Source: Azolla caroliniana (taxonomy: Eukaryota; Plantae; Polypodiophyta). Taken from it: a stretch of DNA of 64,000 nt. The notes under the pieces were generated by a model. It was not told the DNA's origin, made no database searches, and worked only from the letters and a program-made list of their open reading frames with translations. The stretch lies in the NCBI GenBank assembly GCA_043228905.1, contig JBHGNT010000015.1:372001-436000 (forward strand). The letters are read 5' to 3'. Within the stretch, counting starts at the first letter, position 1. The number at the start of each line of letters is the position of its first letter. This document shows, one piece after another, positions 58,521 through 64,000 of this stretch. Made by a program: the position numbers and the translations under genes.

Positions 58521-61500
58521 TCAAAGAATCTCTTTTCTCAAGAGCTGAGTGGCAGACAGCCTAATTTCTGCAAAACCAGTGCTTTGCTCCACATGCAAGT
58601 AATCCCTTGACTTGAGCACCTGTACATCAGGAGTTCATGGCTTTTTAACACATGGACAGGAATGACTACAAACTATATCACGATGCAAATATATCATGGA
58701 ATATATCACAGAATGGCTTTTTAACACATGGACAGGAATGACTACAAACTATATCACGATGTAAATATCAATGGAGATGGATGCCAAACAAAATGCCAAC
58801 TAAAACAGCAAACCCAAAGTTCACAACTAGCTAGAATCATATTTATACCTAGATGAGAGTGTGAGTGGAGGGTCCTCATGGAGAGAGGAATATGATTTAT
58901 AGTAAAGGTGACAGTTTTCTATACATATTTGCAGCCTTTATGGTGGATAAAGAAAGATGAACGTAAAAGCACTAAAATCTCCCATTTCTGCGAAGCCCAA
59001 ACCCAAACATCACCAAATGCTGAAAAGAGAAAATCGTGGGATACTTGCCAGGGTCTCAAAGTACATCCGAGCTGCCTCTTTTCTTGTTCGACCTTTCAAC
59101 AACTCATCCAAGCTTATTTCTGCTGGCTGCTGTGATTCAGAACTACACATATGCTCCACTTTCTCAAAGACGGATTTCAGGTAGCTGGCCACTGCCCTGC
59201 ACATGCAGTATTCATTGTCCACATGGTTAGCAAAAAAGAGGCAACAAACTATGTTACTATGAAGAAGGGATTGATTACATACTTTGTCCTCACGGACCAT
59301 CCATTTTGAACGTACACTTGATTTGGCTTTCCCTTCTTACGATCATACATATTGGCATCTTCCAGAAATGTATCTCCGTTAACCCCATCATGTAGAACTG
59401 TTTAGACAAACCAAACCATACATCAATTTCAGATTTCACAACATTATGGACAAATAAAACCCCAAACATAAACAAGCACAGATTCTATAGTAGCAATATG
59501 CATAGAAAACGATAGGCTGTAATTGCTAAACCCCAAATCAAGGGGAAGCTCAACTTCTATAATAACATTGTTTGTCAGTATAACCCTAAAACCTAAAACA
59601 AAGGGAGAGGTCAACTTCCAGAATAGAACCACTCCAAAATCAAGGGGAAACTCAACTTCCATGACAACATTTTTTGTCAGTATAACCCTAAAACCTAAAA
59701 CAAAGGGACAGGTCAGCTTCCAGAATAGAACCTCAAACACTGAGCCCGAAAACCAAGGGGTAGTAAAATAAGCTCAATCTCCAGAATAATGTTACTGAAA
59801 CTCTAAAACCCTTGGGCTGATAGATGCTATGTACACAATAAAAGAAAAAACCAAAACATTCCATCCTGTTTTTTGCTGAATGAAACAAACCTGATTAAAA
59901 GTTTATGAAGAAATCAAGCAATACCAAATAAACTCACCTCTATCTTTCGTATCTTCAAGAAAATCGAGCTTCTGCAAAATACAGAATGACATGTTACAAC
60001 TTAAAGCTCGTCATGCAGTACATTGTAAAGACACGGAGATTGAGGAAATGCTTACTTCTGGGATTGTTTCAGGTGCAGGAGATATGCTCATCCCAGCAGC
60101 ATCGCTTCTTCCTTCGTCAAGTTCTTGAAAGTGTCCCAGGCAGCTCATGTTGCCATCACACATTTCATCATTCTTCCTAACAGAAGCTTCAAAGTCTTCA
60201 GCAGTAGAAAGGTTGCCATCTTCATTTAGCTCAGTTAACTCTATTTCTGGCTGAACTATCAGGTCTATATACAATTCGCATGCCCCATCAGATGGCTCAT
60301 GCATAGCACCTTGAAGATCCATGTTTTCCTGTCCATTATTGTCAACATCCTGCGGAGAAAATTCCATAGGTTGCATGGGGGTCCCTGCTGGAGTAAGGGT
60401 TTGATGTGCACATCTATAAGTGTCCCCTGAACCCACGGCAATATCTGGCACACTCCTCCCATGTACTCTATCCTCATTCATTGATGCAGAACTTTTTCGT
60501 GTCCTTGGCTTCAAAATTGGCTCTGTATTAGAGAGCTTTAAGACATGATTGTATAATTCTATCAGAGGAGCACTCGAACCTGTAGAAATGAAAAAATATT
60601 GCTATCAGTAAGTTCACAAAATCATAACAGGGAGAGTAATTAGAATAATTCCACACACCCTCACATTAATGGCACCATCTTTTAAGATACATTTGCTGTG
60701 AGAACTTATTGAGAATATAATGTCAAAAAGTACTGTGATGACCTAGTAGAGGACACACTTTACGATCATATGATGCAGTTGTTCACTAATTCACATGAGT
60801 CTCCTGAGGGTTCACTATTGAAGTTGCCTACTTGAGATCATATTTGTATGGAGTCATGTGTTCATTTTCCTAGCTGAACAGAATTTTAAATATTTGCTAG
60901 ATAGAAGAGGGAAACCCACTAACTGATAAAGAACTGAAAAAGCAGATATCATGATATATTCACCATTAAAAGACGGCCTCTCAAACATTTGATCATGATA
61001 ACAGCCTTGCAACCTCCAAACTTCAAATTCTGAGGATGGATTTTTTCGGCGTTTTCGACGTAGGTCAGATGTGTCTGTTAGCTGTTTCTTCATTAACCTA
61101 GATAATTGAAATAACTTAGTGCTTGAGCTTTAGGATACAGAAACATATTTCATTGAGGAAAACTTACAAACTTGATATAATCTGTTTGCCATCAAAAAGC
61201 TTTCTTTTTCTTCGAGTTTTTTTGGGTGGAGCGAGTTCTTGAGGAGTGTTCCCAACTTTTAATGCAGGTGTATTACCTCCTGAGTAATAACAAGCATATA
61301 AGTAAGCAATCAACCCTTTCAAGATCCATATGAGGAGCAGATTTCTAATGCTCACCTAAAATATCTCCTAGCAGATCATCATGACCCATGTAGTTTTCAA
61401 AATCATCCATAATACTTGGAGAAGGCCTATGTAGGTGGGGTGTCTCATGAACAAGAGGTGTAGCATCAACCTCATGTATATGAAAGTCATCACTAGCATT

Positions 61501-63009
61501 TCCATTGGTACTTATCCTTTCTTGTTTATCATCAGTAACTGGTAGTTGATATTCTTCCTGAAACTCCATAAACAAGGGCGTTGCTTCTCGTTGCTCTGTT
61601 GCAGCACGCAATTTTTCGATTTCAGGTATGCTTTGTGGTGAAGGGGTGGCTATGGATGCTATTTCCGCTGCTGCCAAAAGGGAATCTTGAGTACTTAAAT
61701 GAACTGGAGGTGTCACGTCCTGTCCTGTGCCAACAAAATCTTGGAATAGGCCAATATTTTCCATATCCGTATCCATCTTGTCATCCATTTGGAAAGGTGG
61801 AAGCACACTGAAATTCACAAGAAAACAACAATAGCACATTCATACAGCTTCTCTGATTTGACAATGCAATTGAGGATAATAATGACGAATGAAAGCATAC
61901 TCTTCCTCCAGTGTAGAAGCAGCATAGTCTTGCAATATATACATAGATCTACTTGCTGAAGTGTGGCCTTGATGGGGATGTTCCTGTCATGAAAGAGACA
62001 ATTAACTCTAAATGATGGATACATATTATATTGCTTGTAGTTTGCAGAGAGTACCAACCTCACTGCTCTCAAACAGCAGAGAGTAAGGATCCGCCCCTGT
62101 GGGAAACCTCTCTGAGAAATGTCAAAATTCCAGATGTTAGAACATCTCCATATATATTATTCCAGTTTATATAAAATCTACATACCATCCAGCATATACA
62201 TAGAAGGGTTTCGACCATAATCTTGTGGCTGCTCTTGAAGTGTGATCAAGTCTCTTGCAGAGACATTATGATCCACAAAGTCTCTGCAGCCCAAAATACA
62301 CCAGTTTATCAGATAGAGATTCACCTAAGAAAGGCAAGCCTGATTGAAAACAAGAAGTGTGGACAAAGACCTTACATAAAGGATGATGAGTGATTGTTGC
62401 TATCATACTTGAAAGTAAAATCAAACTCATCGAAATCAAAAGTCTCCGGGAGAGTGATGGAATTGAACGGAACTTTGGAAGCTTCTGGAGGAAGGTCAAC
62501 AGCACTTGATTGGAAAGCTTGCTTGATCTTAACAAGCGCCTCACTACAATCATTAAAAAGATAATTGACTTTGCGCGAGTAGATCCGAACAACACCTAAT
62601 AGCAAGTGGCCTGAAAGCCGCAAAGCTATGGGGACCTCAGGAAACAGTATGGAATCTGGGGCATAGCAAATAAAATTGGAAAAGAAATTAGACAAAAGAA
62701 GTAGAACTTGTGACAATAACAATTAGCGTTGCATTTGGTGGGTTACATTCTTCCTGAGCAACAAAAGCAAGGGCATCTCATAGCCATTTTGTAAATTTGA
62801 AAGTTACAAGCGGGCTATTCCTCAAATTTCGTTGTCATTACAGTATAGTAGATATACATTGAGAGAGAGAGAAAGAGAAACATACCAACTGAGGTAGTAA
62901 TATTGGTATCTGCGACTTGATGCTTGCGGAGCTTGCCTTCCAGATGGGCTGCGATCCAGATGGTTCCCAAGGGACCCTTCTTTGCCAAGATAAACTGGGA
63001 GTAGAACAT
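58521..63009 (-). CDS. RAD21: Cohesin alpha-kleisin, RAD21/SCC1 family (SYN2/3/4-like), 13 exons
   Basis: Exons (minus) 63009-62886, 62655-62376, 62283-62186, 62111-62059, 61983-61901, 61807-61356, 61279-61168, 61097-60964, 60579-60056, 59971-59938, 59397-59283, 59196-59049 and 58619-58521; phases consistent. N-terminal [22 protein letters not shown]...[28 protein letters not shown]; central RKRKLFD...[15 protein letters not shown]; C-terminal GWSVRTKAVASYLK...[14 protein letters not shown]|[12 protein letters not shown]. Last intron is GC-AG. Paralog identity not resolved. Confidence 0.94.
58637..58770. repeat. 76-bp-period tandem duplication in the last RAD21 intron
   Basis: ATGGCTTTTTAACACATGGACAGGAATGACTACAAACTATATCACGATG(C/T)AAATATATCA-like unit twice. 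Confidence 0.9.
59533..59733. repeat. ~105-bp tandem duplication in RAD21 intron 10
   Basis: AAATCAAGGGGAA(G/A)CTCAACTTC...TTTGTCAGTATAACCCTAAAACCTAAAACAAAGGGA(G/C)AGGTCA(A/G)CTTCCAGAATAGAACC twice. Confidence 0.92.
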
Positions 63010-63307
63010 ATCTCAGTTTCCTTCTCTCGCTCTCTCTCCCTCTCTCTTTGGTTTAGCTCTCTGCTCTCCTCTGTTCTGTTCTGTTCTGTTCTGCTCTGTT
63101 CTGCTGTGTTTGAACTTTTTGAACCTCAGAAATCGATTCCCGCGCTCATGAGTGGTCTATAAAGAATATGAAGCCTTGTGTGTGAGAGAGACTCGAGTGA
63201 GAGAGAGTAATCGCAAGGCTTTTTCCCAATCACAAAGCCCTCCAAAAACACCAAAATATGTACATATGGGTCCCCCATTGAAATCCCTACATTTGATCGC
63301 GATTCTT

Positions 63308-63422
63308 CTTACGTAACCTCGACCCCGTTCCATGAGATACCATGAATCTCCTATATACAAGCTCTTTTCCTCTTACGTAAACTCGAGTCAGTTCCAGGAG
63401 ATACCATGAATCTCTTGTATAC
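63308..63422. repeat. Imperfect direct duplication in the RAD21 upstream region
   Basis: CTTACGTAA(C/A)CTCGA...GTTCCA(T/G)GAGATACCATGAATCTC..(A/G)TATACA twice; each copy has the palindromic ACGT core TTACGTAA. Confidence 0.8.
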
Positions 63423-64000
63423 ATGTTCTTTTGCTACAAATTTGATATTGACACAAAGACAAAATAAAATCCCTTTTGTGGGTATTTTAGACAATGTGCT
63501 ATTATTATCTATAGCAATTATCTACCTAGTACAAGTTTCATTCCTTACTTATGACTCTTATAGAATTTCCTTTCAAACTTTGTTTCGTTCCGCCCCATAT
63601 GTTGCAAGCATTATCTCATCTTCATAATTTTGTTTTGTGATCACATGTATGAGATCAACTAAGGTTCTGCACATAATATCTTGTTTTTTGATGCATTTAG
63701 GTGTATGTTGGGAGTAGGGATACGTTCGCCTCACCGATCTCTCCCTCTATAAAATATTGGCAATGTTAAAGTTTAAGTAATAGCATTTCTCCATATTTGC
63801 ATTACTTTGTCAAGACTCAAGACACGAGATAAGTAGTGCCTTCAAACTAAACATAATGTGGAAAAACTTAGACCTACCATATAACATAATCAAATTTCTC
63901 TTTGCAAGAGGTATATACTTTGTTGCCAAATATTGCTGAGCATTTGATAGAAAGATAGAAATATACACAAGAGTTATAGAAATATAAATGCCTTAGCACT

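Overview
AT-rich, intron-containing eukaryotic nuclear DNA from a land plant. Gene families, TE-filled introns and TTTAGGG-type repeats suggest a fern or other non-flowering vascular plant, but the taxon is inference only. I reconstructed seven protein-coding genes by hand: a class I glutamine amidotransferase / gamma-glutamyl peptidase (+), a SKU5-similar cupredoxin (+), a single-ORF DUF688-like protein (+), a TRFL3/TRFL6-type telomere-repeat-binding-like Myb protein (-), a YTHDF/ECT m6A reader (-), a strictosidine-synthase-like protein (+) and a RAD21-type cohesin kleisin (-). Introns and intergenic DNA hold several copies of an RTEX-like LINE family, a 5'-truncated L1 with a 17-bp TSD, Ty1/copia remnants, a hAT MITE (8-bp TSD), a Mutator MITE (9-bp TSD), a ~570-bp foldback element, tRNA-like SINE remnants, microsatellites and many short tandem duplications. 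I see no convincing new multi-gene system. The most notable signals are the RTEX-like LINE ending at a (CT)n tract, a TRFL protein with an altered telobox and a triplicated ~85-aa module, a splice acceptor directly behind a (GA)n tract, a uORF overlapping the peptidase start (ATGA), the foldback element and an intronic telomere-repeat minisatellite. All exon boundaries were read by eye and need RNA-seq confirmation.
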